This document shows positions 8,896 to 18,663 of a stretch of DNA of 64,000 bases, piece by piece. Under the pieces are notes generated by a model. That model saw nothing but the letters and a program-made list of their open reading frames with translations. It was not told where the DNA came from and searched no databases. The stretch comes from Akkermansia sp. (GTDB lineage: Bacteria; Verrucomicrobiota; Verrucomicrobiia; Verrucomicrobiales; Akkermansiaceae), in assembly GCA_045657445.1 (NCBI GenBank), contig JAZOTC010000025.1, positions 21,938 to 85,937 on the forward strand. Reading direction: 5' to 3'. The position numbers were made by a program, and so were the translations under genes. Position 1 is the stretch's first letter. Each line of letters opens with the position of its first letter.

Positions 8896-10416
8896 ATGTC
8901 TCATTCCATAATTGGTAAGATTATTGCCTGTATTATCCTGGTGCTACTGTGTTTTGTGATTGGCGCCCAGGCCGCAGAGGGCGCTAAGGGTTCGCTTGTA
9001 ATTTTGGTGGCGATTGTGGGCGTTTTCTTCATGTTGGTTATGGGAAGCCGCAGCTGGATGTTGCTTTTTCTAATCCCGCCCATTATGCAGCTTCTTCCAT
9101 TGCCGGGTAACAAGACGTTTTTGATAAGCGGCGTTGTTTTGGTATACTGGGTCATCTTGTGGGCAATGGGATATGTCAGAATCCGATGGAGGAGCCTGTG
9201 GTTCCTCGATATCCTGTTTTTGTTGTCTGTTGCGCTAATGGTAGCGGCTTTTATTCGTCGCCCTGTGACCGTAGTATTCTTAGGTCTGGAAATGGACAAT
9301 ATTGGCGGCGCTGTGTATGCAGTTGTTGCGGGTGCTGTCGTTCACTATGTAACTCTGAGTATTATACCAGTTAGTTACGCTCAGATGCAAAAAGTGTTGA
9401 ACTGGAAACTCTGGTTGGGCCTGTTTTGTTGTATAGTGGGTTTAGTTATGGGGCTGGTCGGTTTTAGTTCGGTAAACGATTCGATGGGGTTGGAGGAGGC
9501 AATGACAAGCTCTCGATTTGCTAATTTCATGCCACTAGGTGTATACATGTCGAACATGATATACGCCTGTTTTTCCCTTTCTAGGATTGTGATTAATCCT
9601 GTCCTGTTGGGTGGGGTTCTGGTTGGGTTTGTGTTTATCGCATGGTCGGGATTCCGCTCCGCTCTGGTTTCGCAGGCGATGGTTCTTTCGTTCATGGCAA
9701 TTGTGAAGAAGGAGCTTTGTATGGTGCTGACTTTTGGTGTCCTGGCATACGGTGGCTTGCTGATGATGAGCGCGGTGGGGACAGTTCGTACGCTTCCCTT
9801 TGGTATTCAACGTTCTTTGGGGTCGCTTCCTGGCGTGACCGTAACTGAGGAGGCCCGTCGTTCAGGTAAAGATTCTACTGATTGGCGAGTCGTTATGTGG
9901 AAATGGGCTATGGACCCCAGAACCAAATATATCAAAAACTATATATGGGGTGATGGATTCGGTATGTCCTTTTCTGCCATTCGGAGAAATAGCCGTGCAA
10001 TCATGCGCGGTGAAGCCAGGCATGGAGATCAGGATTTTTATGCTACAGCTGGGGAATGGCACAGTGGATGGATTACGGCGATTCATCGTCTGGGAGTAGT
10101 GGGGTTGGTGTTGATTACAATAACATACATATACTCATTTATACTGATGTTTCGAGTATGCTCGTCATATAGAGGCAGCCCCATGTTTCCGCTGGCTGTG
10201 ATAAATCTGATGCCATTTTCTGTAAAATCTATAGCGTTTTATCTCTCTGCGGGTAGCGTTGATACCTATTTCTCAACGTTTACAACCATAGCGCTTGCAA
10301 AACTGCTCTTCTGCATTGCGAGAGAGGAAGGTTTGGTTGTGCCGCTGTTGCAGCATAGACGCTATGTTCCGCTTATGATTGAGGAACATGGTGATAAATT
10401 ACGGCAGCCGTCGTAG
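8896..10416 (+). CDS. O-antigen ligase / Wzy-like polytopic membrane protein
   Basis: About 12 hydrophobic segments; SGFRS; large loop with STDWR, WGDGFG and WHSGW..RLGVVGL (Wzy_C-type); AT-richer than flanks. Confidence 0.75.
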   Translation: MSHSIIGKIIACIILVLLCFVIGAQAAEGAKGSLVILVAIVGVFFMLVMGSRSWMLLFLIPPIMQLLPLPGNKTFLISGVVLVYWVILWAMGYVRIRWRSLWFLDILFLLSVALMVAAFIRRPVTVVFLGLEMDNIGGAVYAVVAGAVVHYVTLSIIPVSYAQMQKVLNWKLWLGLFCCIVGLVMGLVGFSSVNDSMGLEEAMTSSRFANFMPLGVYMSNMIYACFSLSRIVINPVLLGGVLVGFVFIAWSGFRSALVSQAMVLSFMAIVKKELCMVLTFGVLAYGGLLMMSAVGTVRTLPFGIQRSLGSLPGVTVTEEARRSGKDSTDWRVVMWKWAMDPRTKYIKNYIWGDGFGMSFSAIRRNSRAIMRGEARHGDQDFYATAGEWHSGWITAIHRLGVVGLVLITITYIYSFILMFRVCSSYRGSPMFPLAVINLMPFSVKSIAFYLSAGSVDTYFSTFTTIALAKLLFCIAREEGLVVPLLQHRRYVPLMIEEHGDKLRQPS

Positions 10417-10430
10417 AAACATTCGAAAAG

Positions 10431-10470
10431 AAAACCGCCGCAGAAATCGACCTTTCTGCGGCGGTTTTTT
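10431..10470. terminator. Bidirectional terminator between the ligase-like gene and rpsO
   Basis: aaaaccgccgcagaaa...tttctgcggcggtttttt. Confidence 0.8.
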
Positions 10471-10515
10471 GTTGATTGGGCGTTCGGCTTCGTAGAAGCC
10501 TCCCTGGCGCGCTGA

Positions 10516-10767
10516 TTAGTGGCGGAGGGAGAGACGCACAAGCAGATCCTTGTACAGATCCGGGTTGGTGCGCTTGGCATAGTCCAGAAGCTTACGGCGG
10601 CGAGCCACCATCATGAGCAGACCGCGGCGGGAAGCGTGGTCGTGCTTGTTGGCGATGAGGTGCTGCGTAAGGTGGGCAATGCGCTTGGTAAGCACTGCAA
10701 CCTGGAAACCAGTGGAACCGGTGTCCTTCTCGTTCGTCTTGAAGTCGTTGACGTTGATATCGCTCAT
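10516..10767 (-). CDS. rpsO: 30S ribosomal protein S15
   Basis: DTGS..QVAVLT.RI.HLT.HL..NKHDHASRRGLLMMV.RRRKLLDY; 83 aa. Confidence 0.97.
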   Translation of the reverse strand: MSDINVNDFKTNEKDTGSTGFQVAVLTKRIAHLTQHLIANKHDHASRRGLLMMVARRRKLLDYAKRTNPDLYKDLLVRLSLRH

Positions 10768-10834
10768 TTTAGTATATCTTGTGTTAGTGGTTGATTTTTC
10801 GTGGCTGCGGCAAATCGACCTACAAGGTGAGTGG

Positions 10835-10862
10835 ATAATAGCACTAAATCCATTATTTGCAA
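10835..10862 (-). promoter_or_regulatory. Sigma70 promoter of rpsO
   Basis: TTGCAA-16 bp-TATTAT on the minus strand. Confidence 0.55.
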
Positions 10863-10950
10863 GCATAAATGTAAAAAAATCATCTAACAAGTAGCCATTG
10901 TCTCGCTTTTTGCTTGCCACTGCTGCCAGCTGTGGTATGCTAAATCCGTT

Positions 10951-11511
10951 ATGGAACTGATGCCTGGTTTTGATTCAGCACGCGCAATCTTCTGCACCAT
11001 TGCCTGGGGAGCCACTCTCCTGGCGGCGCTCATGTTTGTGATTTCCTTCTTCACCGATTTTGATGGTGGGGGCGATGTCGATGCCGCTGCACCTGATGGC
11101 ACGGATACCGGTATCTTCTCATTCCGTGCGGTTGTCGGTTTCTTCCTGGGGTTTGGCTGGGGTGGCTACATTTGCCAGCAGGCCTCGGGCAATATCTGGA
11201 TGTCCTGTGGCGTAGGTGTGGGCGTGGGCGTGCTCATGTTCCTGCTGGTTGCCATGCTCATCCGCATGATATATGGCCTGCGCTCGGATGGCAATATCTC
11301 CCCTGACAGCCTGGTAGGTCTCAGCGGAACCGTTTATGTAACCATTCCCCCGGCTGGTGAGCCTGGTGGCCAGGTGCAGGTGGCGCATCCGAACCAGCTT
11401 ATCACCATTGCAGCCGTGCAGCAGGGGGCTTCTCCGCTGCCTGCCGGCACCCGTATCACCGTGATTGCCTCTTCCTCGGGGCTGGTGACTGTTCAACCCA
11501 TTTCCCAATAA
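10951..11511 (+). CDS. NfeD-like membrane protein (flotillin partner)
   Basis: Three TM segments plus OB-fold C-terminus (GTVYVTIPP..GQVQV); upstream of the SPFH gene. Confidence 0.8.
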   Translation: MELMPGFDSARAIFCTIAWGATLLAALMFVISFFTDFDGGGDVDAAAPDGTDTGIFSFRAVVGFFLGFGWGGYICQQASGNIWMSCGVGVGVGVLMFLLVAMLIRMIYGLRSDGNISPDSLVGLSGTVYVTIPPAGEPGGQVQVAHPNQLITIAAVQQGASPLPAGTRITVIASSSGLVTVQPISQ

Positions 11512-11535
11512 ACAACAAACCCGATACAACGAACT

Positions 11536-13035
11536 ATGATAGAAAACGCGACCCCGATTGCCGCTTCCATTACGGGAGCCAGCAACATTGTGGCCATCAT
11601 CATTCTGGTGGCATTCCTGCTGGGTACTGTAGTATGGCTCTTCAGCCGCTACAAGATGTGCCCGTCCGATAAGATTCTCATCGTCTACGGTAATGTGGGC
11701 GCCGGGCGTTCCGCCAAGTGTATTCATGGTGGCGCCACGTTCATCATGCCCATCGTGCAAAGCTATGCCTTCATGGACTTGAACCCCATCAACATTGATG
11801 TACCGTTGAAGGGGGCTCTCTCCAGCCAGAATATCCGTGTGGATGTTCCTTCCTCATTCATCGTCGGTATCAGCACTCAGCCGGAAATCATGCAGAATGC
11901 GGCCAGCCGTCTGCTGGGGCGCACGCGCCAGGATATCCGCGACCTCGCCTCCGAAATCATCATGGGCCAGATGCGTGTGGTTATCGCCTCTCTTACCATT
12001 GAGGAAATCAATGCCGACCGCGAAAAGCTCATCAAGGGTATCACCGGCGGCGTGGATGTTGAGCTGCATAAGGTAGGCCTTTACCTCATCAATGCGAACA
12101 TTACCGACATTCGCGACGCCTCCGGCTACATTGCTGCCCTGGGCCAGGAAGCCGCTGCCCGAGCCATCAACGACGCCATGATTAAGGTGGCCGAAGAAAC
12201 CCGCCGTGGTGAAATCGGCAAGGCCGAAGCACTGCGTGAGCAGACTGTGCAGGTGGCTATGGCCAATGCTGCGGCTGTGGAAGGTAACAACGAAGCCCAG
12301 ATGAAGGTGGCGGACTCCAATGCCCGCCTTAAGGTGCGCCAGGCCGAAGCTGCCCGTATTGCCCTGGTGGCCGAGAAGGAGCAGGCCGCACAGGCTGAGG
12401 CCGCAGGCTATATCGCCAACCGCGAGGCCGAAATGAAGCGTGCCGAACTTGAGCGCGCTACCCAGACGGCCAATGAAATCGTGAAGGCGGAAATCCAGAA
12501 GCGCAAGCAGGAAATTGCGGCAGAAGCCGTGGCCTCCGTCATGGTGAAGGAGCAGCAGGGTAAGGCAGATGCCCTTGTGATTGAGAAGGAGGCCGAAGGC
12601 CTTGCCGCTACCAAGCTCGCCAAGGGTGAAGCCGATGCTCTGCTTCTTAAGAAGAAGGCCGAAGGTGAAGGCCTTGAGCTGGTGGGTCGTGGTAATGCTG
12701 CGGCCATTCAGGCTGCGCTGGAAGCCAAGGCTAATGGTTTCCGCGATATCGTTGCTGCCGCTGGCGATGCTCGTGCCGCTTCCGGCCTGCTGGTCACGGA
12801 GCAGCTGCCGCAGATTGTTGAAACCCAGGCCAGCGCCATCCGCAACCTCTCCTTCGATAAGGTGGTGGTCATGGGCGGTGGCGACAGCAAGAGCGGCTCC
12901 GTGGGCGGCTTTGTGCAGAATCTGGTTACTGGCACCCTGCCGCTGCATGAGCTGGCGCAGAGCGTGGGCGTGCAGCTGCCTGATTACCTGGGCAAGAGTG
13001 TGCCTGAGGCACCCCAGGAAAAGCCCGAGGCGTAA
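11536..13035 (+). CDS. Flotillin family SPFH domain protein
   Basis: N-terminal TM; GGATFIMPIVQ; SPFH core; long Ala/Glu-rich coiled coil. Confidence 0.92.
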   Translation: MIENATPIAASITGASNIVAIIILVAFLLGTVVWLFSRYKMCPSDKILIVYGNVGAGRSAKCIHGGATFIMPIVQSYAFMDLNPINIDVPLKGALSSQNIRVDVPSSFIVGISTQPEIMQNAASRLLGRTRQDIRDLASEIIMGQMRVVIASLTIEEINADREKLIKGITGGVDVELHKVGLYLINANITDIRDASGYIAALGQEAAARAINDAMIKVAEETRRGEIGKAEALREQTVQVAMANAAAVEGNNEAQMKVADSNARLKVRQAEAARIALVAEKEQAAQAEAAGYIANREAEMKRAELERATQTANEIVKAEIQKRKQEIAAEAVASVMVKEQQGKADALVIEKEAEGLAATKLAKGEADALLLKKKAEGEGLELVGRGNAAAIQAALEAKANGFRDIVAAAGDARAASGLLVTEQLPQIVETQASAIRNLSFDKVVVMGGGDSKSGSVGGFVQNLVTGTLPLHELAQSVGVQLPDYLGKSVPEAPQEKPEA

Positions 13036-13056
13036 GAACTTTGATGTCTCTGAAAC

Positions 13057-13099
13057 AAAACTACCCCCGGAAGCTCATGCTCCGGGGGTAGCTTTTTTC
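13057..13099. terminator. Bidirectional terminator
   Basis: aaaactacccccgga...tccgggggtagcttttt between convergent genes. Confidence 0.8.
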
Positions 13100-13110
13100 A
13101 TGAGAAAGAC

Positions 13111-13953
13111 TTACATTCTCTGGGCGTGTACGATGGAATCGGCCATGTTGCGCACCGTTTCCTCCAGAATGTTGCAGAGGTGGCTGCCAGCGCGGAAATC
13201 TGCCGCAGCAAAGAAATCCACCCGGTGCTGGCTGGATTTGAGCGCGTAGCATTTGCGGAAGCTGCGGCGGGAGGCGTCATCCGGGTTGTACACCGCCACA
13301 CTGGTGCCGCCCTGCTGGCGCATCACGGTGAAGCAGGGCACATCCGTCGGGCCGTCGCCGATGTAAATCATGTGCTCAAAGGGAACGGGGCGTAAATCCC
13401 CATCCATGTGATCATTCACATCCTCAATGTAGTTGAGCATTCCCTTGTTGATGCGGAAGAGATACTGCGTCTTGCTCGTGTGCGAGATAACCCGCTTCGG
13501 GAAACAGATGCGCCCATCCTGCTCACTGAATTCGCAGCCGAAGACCTCGCGCATATAGGGGCGTATGATGGAACCATCCAGAATGGCCTTGATTCCGCTG
13601 GAAATGATATAGAACTCCACCCTTACGCCGGAATAAATGTGTTCCTTGCTGAGGGCTCGCTCGGCAAATTTCTCAAAGAATTCAGGAATACCTTTGTAAT
13701 AGGTCAGTTTTTTTCCTAGTTCGCGCAGGTGGTCATTGCTTACACCGTCCAGACTCAGAGTGTCCAGAATCTCCTTCAGGTAGCAGAGTTCGCCGTCCCA
13801 CCCCTCATCGCGGGCCCGGTCATTGCATTTTTTCCAGAACTGCTCGGCGTCGATGCCGTATTCTGGAAAGAGCGTATCCTCCTGCATATTATGCGGGCTG
13901 AGCGTCTGGTCAAAGTCGAAAATAAGAGCAATTGTATTCTGCGGAACGGCCAT
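13111..13953 (-). CDS. HAD-superfamily hydrolase
   Basis: IFDFDQTL motif I, IISSG motif [13 protein letters not shown] motif IV. Confidence 0.85.
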   Translation of the reverse strand: MAVPQNTIALIFDFDQTLSPHNMQEDTLFPEYGIDAEQFWKKCNDRARDEGWDGELCYLKEILDTLSLDGVSNDHLRELGKKLTYYKGIPEFFEKFAERALSKEHIYSGVRVEFYIISSGIKAILDGSIIRPYMREVFGCEFSEQDGRICFPKRVISHTSKTQYLFRINKGMLNYIEDVNDHMDGDLRPVPFEHMIYIGDGPTDVPCFTVMRQQGGTSVAVYNPDDASRRSFRKCYALKSSQHRVDFFAAADFRAGSHLCNILEETVRNMADSIVHAQRM

Positions 13954-14057
13954 ATGCTATGTTATAACCTGTCAAATACACTTCTGCAAGCAAAATGCAT
14001 GGTTCTTCTATCAGAAAATACATTGACAAATCGCTCATAATGGTATTGAATAGCGGT

Positions 14058-14537
14058 ATGAGACTTCTCCTTCCTCTTTCTGGCTTCTGCGCATTCTTTG
14101 TTGTCTCCTGCTCGCAGCCGCAGACAACCTGTATTACAGACCTGGCAGATTTGCCGCTCAAGACGATAGCCTTGCCCGGAGACGGGTGGAAGGAGGCTCC
14201 CATGCGCGCCAATGCTCAGTTCCTGATGTATGGTGCCAATACGGATAAGCAGCGCGAGCTGCGCAAGGGCGATTTCTTCTTCCTGCGCTGGTATGATGCC
14301 GAGCCGCAGAAGCCGGTGCGTATTGAAATGCTCTACACCCAGGCGCTCACCGGCGCCGATGTCATGACCCGGACGGTTGAATACAATGAACCGCGCGAGA
14401 AAGCCGGCAAGCGTCGCGAAAAATTCCACTTCTCCGGTGAGGATCGCGCCAAGCGTGGCGATATCATGACCTGGAAGATGAACCTCTATGTGGATGGCCA
14501 GCTGGTGGATTCCCGCCAGTCCTACCTCTGGGAATAA
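14058..14537 (+). CDS. Hypothetical lipoprotein
   Basis: Lipobox-like VVSC after a hydrophobic stretch; beta-rich body. Confidence 0.7.
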   Translation: MRLLLPLSGFCAFFVVSCSQPQTTCITDLADLPLKTIALPGDGWKEAPMRANAQFLMYGANTDKQRELRKGDFFFLRWYDAEPQKPVRIEMLYTQALTGADVMTRTVEYNEPREKAGKRREKFHFSGEDRAKRGDIMTWKMNLYVDGQLVDSRQSYLWE

Positions 14538-14547
14538 GCGAATTCGC

Positions 14548-14576
14548 TTGACTTCCGGCCGATTGTGGCGTATCCT
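14548..14576 (+). promoter_or_regulatory. Sigma70 promoter of lepA
   Basis: TTGACT-17 bp-TATCCT, 9 nt before the ATG. Confidence 0.6.
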
Positions 14577-14585
14577 TGCGCGCGC

Positions 14586-16394
14586 ATGGCAACGGACATC
14601 AAATTCAAACGCAATTTCTCCATCATTGCCCACATTGACCACGGTAAGACCACCCTGTCTGACCGTCTCCTGGAATTTACCAACACCATCGGCGAGCGTG
14701 ACAAGCAGGACCAGCTGCTCGACGCCATGGACCTTGAGCGCGAAAAGGGAATTACCATCAAGTCTCACCCCGTTACCATGCGCTATAAGGCCAAGGATGG
14801 TAACACCTACGAGCTCAATCTGCTGGATACTCCCGGGCACGTGGACTTCTCATACGAGGTGAGCCGTTCCCTCGCCGCTTGCGATGGCGCTGTGCTGATT
14901 GTGGATGCCGCCCAGGGTGTGGAGGCTCAGACTCTGGCCAACATGCACCTGGCCGTGGAGCAGAATCTGGAAATTGTCCCGGTGGTCAACAAAATTGACC
15001 TGCCCAGCACCAATCTGCCCCAGGTATACCGCCAGTTGGAAGAAATCGTCTGCATCCCCCGCGAAGAGGCCATTCTCTGCTCCGCCAAGGCGGGTATCGG
15101 CATCGAGGATGTGCTGGAGGCCATTGTGACCCGCGTACCTGCCCCCAAGGTCATGGATGATGATAATCACCTGCGGGCTCTGGTGTTCGACTCTGTGTAC
15201 GATGCCTACCGCGGTGTGGTGTCCTACGTGCGCCTGGTGAGCGGCAGCGTCTCCCGCGGCATGAAGGTGAAACTCTTCGCCACCGATGAAACCTACGAAG
15301 TCAAGGAAGTCGGTATCTTCACGCCCAAGATGCAGGCTGTGGATGAGCTGCACACCGGCGATGTGGGCTACATTATCGCCAACATGAAGAGCGCTGCCGA
15401 TGTCAAGATTGGCGATACCTACACCAACCTGGCCGACCCCTGCAGCGAGCCGCTGCCCGGTTTCAAGGAGATTCGTCCCATGGTGTTCTCCGGCATCTAC
15501 CCGGTGGATTCGGCCGATTACGAGGCGCTGAAGGCGGCCATGGCCAAACTGCAGATTAACGATGCGGCTTTTACCTACATGGGCGAAAGCTCCGTAGCGC
15601 TCGGTTTCGGCTTCCGTTGCGGTTTCCTGGGCCTTCTGCACATGGAAATCATCCAGGAACGCCTCCGCCGCGAGTTCAATATGGACGTGATTTCCACCTA
15701 CCCCTCGGTAATCTACGAAGTGCGCAAGACCGATGGCGAGGAAATCAACGTTGATAACCCCAGCATCCTTCCCGAACCGCAGGAAATCGATGAAATCCGC
15801 GAACCTGTCGTCAAGGTGTTCATCATGATTCCCAGCGAATACATCGGTGCCATCATGAGCATCGTCATGGAGAAGCGCGGTGAGGTCACCCACACCGAAA
15901 CCATCGATGACACCCGCGTGATGCTTACCTGCCGCATTCCCATGGCTGAAATCCTGGTAGACTTCAACGATAAGCTCAAGAGCGCTACCCGTGGTTATGG
16001 TTCCATGGACTACGAATACGATGGCTACCAGGCTGCCAAGCTCGTGAAGATGGACATGATGATTGCCGGTGAGCCGGTGGATGCTTTCTCCATGATTGTG
16101 CATCGCGACCGCGCTGAAGCCGTGGGACGCGAGCTGGCCACCAAGCTCAAGGATGTGATACCACGCCAGCTCTTCACGGTGGCTATTCAGGCCTGCATCG
16201 GCGGCAAGATTATTGCCCGCGAAAGCATTTCCCCCATGCGCAAGAACGTGACCGCCAAGTGCTACGGCGGCGACGTGACCCGCAAGCGCAAGCTGCTCGA
16301 AAAGCAGAAGGAAGGTAAGAAGCGCATGAAGGCCATCGGTAAGGTGAGCATTCCGCAGGAAGCCTTTATCAACGTGCTCAAGAGCGGCGATTGA
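14586..16394 (+). CDS. lepA: Elongation factor 4
   Basis: RNFSIIAHIDHGKTTL, DTPGHVDF, GFRCGFLGLLH, KCYGGDVTRKRKLLEKQK. Confidence 0.98.
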   Translation: MATDIKFKRNFSIIAHIDHGKTTLSDRLLEFTNTIGERDKQDQLLDAMDLEREKGITIKSHPVTMRYKAKDGNTYELNLLDTPGHVDFSYEVSRSLAACDGAVLIVDAAQGVEAQTLANMHLAVEQNLEIVPVVNKIDLPSTNLPQVYRQLEEIVCIPREEAILCSAKAGIGIEDVLEAIVTRVPAPKVMDDDNHLRALVFDSVYDAYRGVVSYVRLVSGSVSRGMKVKLFATDETYEVKEVGIFTPKMQAVDELHTGDVGYIIANMKSAADVKIGDTYTNLADPCSEPLPGFKEIRPMVFSGIYPVDSADYEALKAAMAKLQINDAAFTYMGESSVALGFGFRCGFLGLLHMEIIQERLRREFNMDVISTYPSVIYEVRKTDGEEINVDNPSILPEPQEIDEIREPVVKVFIMIPSEYIGAIMSIVMEKRGEVTHTETIDDTRVMLTCRIPMAEILVDFNDKLKSATRGYGSMDYEYDGYQAAKLVKMDMMIAGEPVDAFSMIVHRDRAEAVGRELATKLKDVIPRQLFTVAIQACIGGKIIARESISPMRKNVTAKCYGGDVTRKRKLLEKQKEGKKRMKAIGKVSIPQEAFINVLKSGD

Positions 16395-16423
16395 TTTACC
16401 TCACCGCTTTACCCATTTAAGAG

Positions 16424-16453
16424 AAAAGCCGCAGTGTGAACTGCGGCTTTTTT
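16424..16453. terminator. Bidirectional terminator between lepA and rho
   Basis: aaaagccgcagt-gtga-actgcggcttttt. Confidence 0.8.
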
Positions 16454-16461
16454 CATTCTCT

Positions 16462-17814
16462 TCAGCGCTGGGATTTGATATCCTGCATGAGCTGCGCATT
16501 GGAGTGGCAGCGCTTCAGGAAGAAGAGCAGGCGCTCCATAGCCTCGGTGGGCTTGTGGTTGGCCAGACCGCGGCGGATGAGGCGCACCTTTTCCAGCCAC
16601 AGTTCGGGCAGAATCAGCTCCTCGCGGCGCGTGCCGCTCTTCAGAATATCCACAGCGGGGTAAATATACATTTCCGCAATGCGGCGGTTGAGCACCAGCT
16701 CCATGTTGCCTGTGCCCTTGAACTCCTGGAAAATGAGCTCGTCCATGCGGCTGTTGGTCTCCACCAGAGCCGTGGCCAGGATGGTGAGCGAACCTGCGCC
16801 GCGGGTGTTGCGCGCCGCGGCAAAAAGCCGGCGGGGCGTCTCCAGAGCGCGGGCATCGATACCGCCGCTCATGGTGCGGCCGCTGCCGCGCTCTGCGTTG
16901 TTGTAGGCGCGTGCCAGGCGGGTAATGGAATCCAGCAGTATCAGCACGTGCCTGCCGGCTTCTACGAGGCGCTTGGCGCGTTCAATGGCCATTTCAGCAA
17001 TGCGGCAGTGCTCGCGCACGTTGCTGTCGTTGCTGGAGGCGAAAATCTCAGCCCCGGGCAGGGCTCGCTTGAACTCGGTTACTTCTTCCGGGCGCTCGTC
17101 CACCAGCAGCACCATGAGGTGCAGGTCATCGCCGTAATTTTCCCGGGCGCCCTCGGCAATGTGCATGAGTAGCGTGGTCTTACCGGTGCGGGGCGGTGCA
17201 ACGATGAGGCCGCGTTGGCCTCTCGCCACGGGAGCCATCAAATCCAGCGTGCGGGTGGTGAAGCGGGAAGGGGTGGTCTCAAAGGAGAGCCGGTGGGTCG
17301 GGTTCACCGCCTTCAAGTCTTCAAAGTGGGGATTGGCGGCGGCCTCGGCGGGGTCCTGGCCGTTCACCTTCTGCACAGAGATGAGCTGGTGGCCGCGCTC
17401 ATAGCGCTGTGCCATGCCGGTCAGCTGTACAAAGGGGCGCAGGCGCAATTCGGAAATGATATCCGCCGGCACATAAATGGCGGCATCAGAGGGAGCCCAG
17501 TCATTATCTGCTGTGCGGATAAAGCCGAACCCCTTGTTGGTGATTTCCAGCAGACCGGTAATGCTCTCCGGCTCGCCCACGGGAACGTAGGCGCGGGTAG
17601 AAGCCTCCTGGTTCTGCTGCTTGTTCTTGTTGAAGTGTTGCTTCTGGGGTTTGTTGCGGTTGAAGGATTCCCGGCGCACCTGGCCGCCACCCTGGCGTTC
17701 TCCCTGGGTGTTCTTGTTGCCATCGCCCTGCTGGCGGTTGCGGTGGTGAAAATGGCGGCGCTGGTTGTTGCGCTGCTGCCGCTGGCTGTTCGGGTTCTCT
17801 TCTGGCTCGCTCAT
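16462..17814 (-). CDS. rho: Transcription termination factor Rho with N-terminal low-complexity extension
   Basis: GFGFIR, RGQRGLIVAPPRTGKT, DERPEEVT, DSITRLARAYN, FKGTGNME. Confidence 0.96.
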   Translation of the reverse strand: MSEPEENPNSQRQQRNNQRRHFHHRNRQQGDGNKNTQGERQGGGQVRRESFNRNKPQKQHFNKNKQQNQEASTRAYVPVGEPESITGLLEITNKGFGFIRTADNDWAPSDAAIYVPADIISELRLRPFVQLTGMAQRYERGHQLISVQKVNGQDPAEAAANPHFEDLKAVNPTHRLSFETTPSRFTTRTLDLMAPVARGQRGLIVAPPRTGKTTLLMHIAEGARENYGDDLHLMVLLVDERPEEVTEFKRALPGAEIFASSNDSNVREHCRIAEMAIERAKRLVEAGRHVLILLDSITRLARAYNNAERGSGRTMSGGIDARALETPRRLFAAARNTRGAGSLTILATALVETNSRMDELIFQEFKGTGNMELVLNRRIAEMYIYPAVDILKSGTRREELILPELWLEKVRLIRRGLANHKPTEAMERLLFFLKRCHSNAQLMQDIKSQR

Positions 17815-17910
17815 GACCTCAGAAAAAAGCGTGAATTCCGGCAAATGGGGCAGGCGGGATATCCGCCCGCCCATTTGCCTGTAGTATAGAGACGATTGGT
17901 AAAACTAAAA

Positions 17911-18663
17911 TCAGAGCTGCTCAAGCACAGCGTCATCGATTTCAAAATTGGCAAACACGTTCATCGTGTCGTCGTAGTCGTCCAGCAGGTCATAGAGCTT
18001 CATGACCTTGCGTGCCACGGCTACATCAGAAATGGTGGTCGGGTTCTGCGGCACAGAGATGAGCTTCATGCCGGTCACGTTCTTGCCCGCGGCGCTCAAC
18101 GCCTCGGAGACTGTGCCCAGGTCGGTCGGACCGCAGGTGAAAATCCATTCGCCTTCCTCATCGCCGGTTTCGAATTCATCGGCGCCGCAGTCCATGGCAA
18201 GCTCCATGGCGGTGTCTTCGTCCAGGCTGGCATCGATGAAGCGCACCTCGCCCTTGCGGTCGAATTGGTAGGAAACGGAGCCGGGGGTGCCCATGTTGCC
18301 GCCGTTCTTGGAGAAAATGGTGCGGATTTCGGAGGAGCAGCGGTTCGTGTTGTCGGTGGCCACTTCCACGATGATGGCAGTACCCTCGGGGCCGTAGCCC
18401 TCGTAGGTCACCTCCTGGATAGCCTCGCCCTGCAGTTCGCCCGTACCCTTCTTCACGGCGCGGTCAATGTTGTCCTTGGGCATGGAGGCTGCCTTGGCGC
18501 CTTCGATAGCAGTACGCAGGCGCGGGTTGGTGTCTACATCGCCGCCGCCGCTCTTGGCTGCCAGGGTGATTTCCTTGGAGAAACGGGCGAATACCTTGCC
18601 CTTCTTCGCGTCGGCTGCTGCCTTCGTGAACTTAATCTTGGACCATTTGTTATGACCGGACAT
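17911..18663 (-). CDS. yebC: YebC/PmpR family protein
   Basis: MSGHNKWSKIK, NPRLR, YEGYGPEG, TDNTNR. Confidence 0.95.
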   Translation of the reverse strand: MSGHNKWSKIKFTKAAADAKKGKVFARFSKEITLAAKSGGGDVDTNPRLRTAIEGAKAASMPKDNIDRAVKKGTGELQGEAIQEVTYEGYGPEGTAIIVEVATDNTNRCSSEIRTIFSKNGGNMGTPGSVSYQFDRKGEVRFIDASLDEDTAMELAMDCGADEFETGDEEGEWIFTCGPTDLGTVSEALSAAGKNVTGMKLISVPQNPTTISDVAVARKVMKLYDLLDDYDDTMNVFANFEIDDAVLEQL

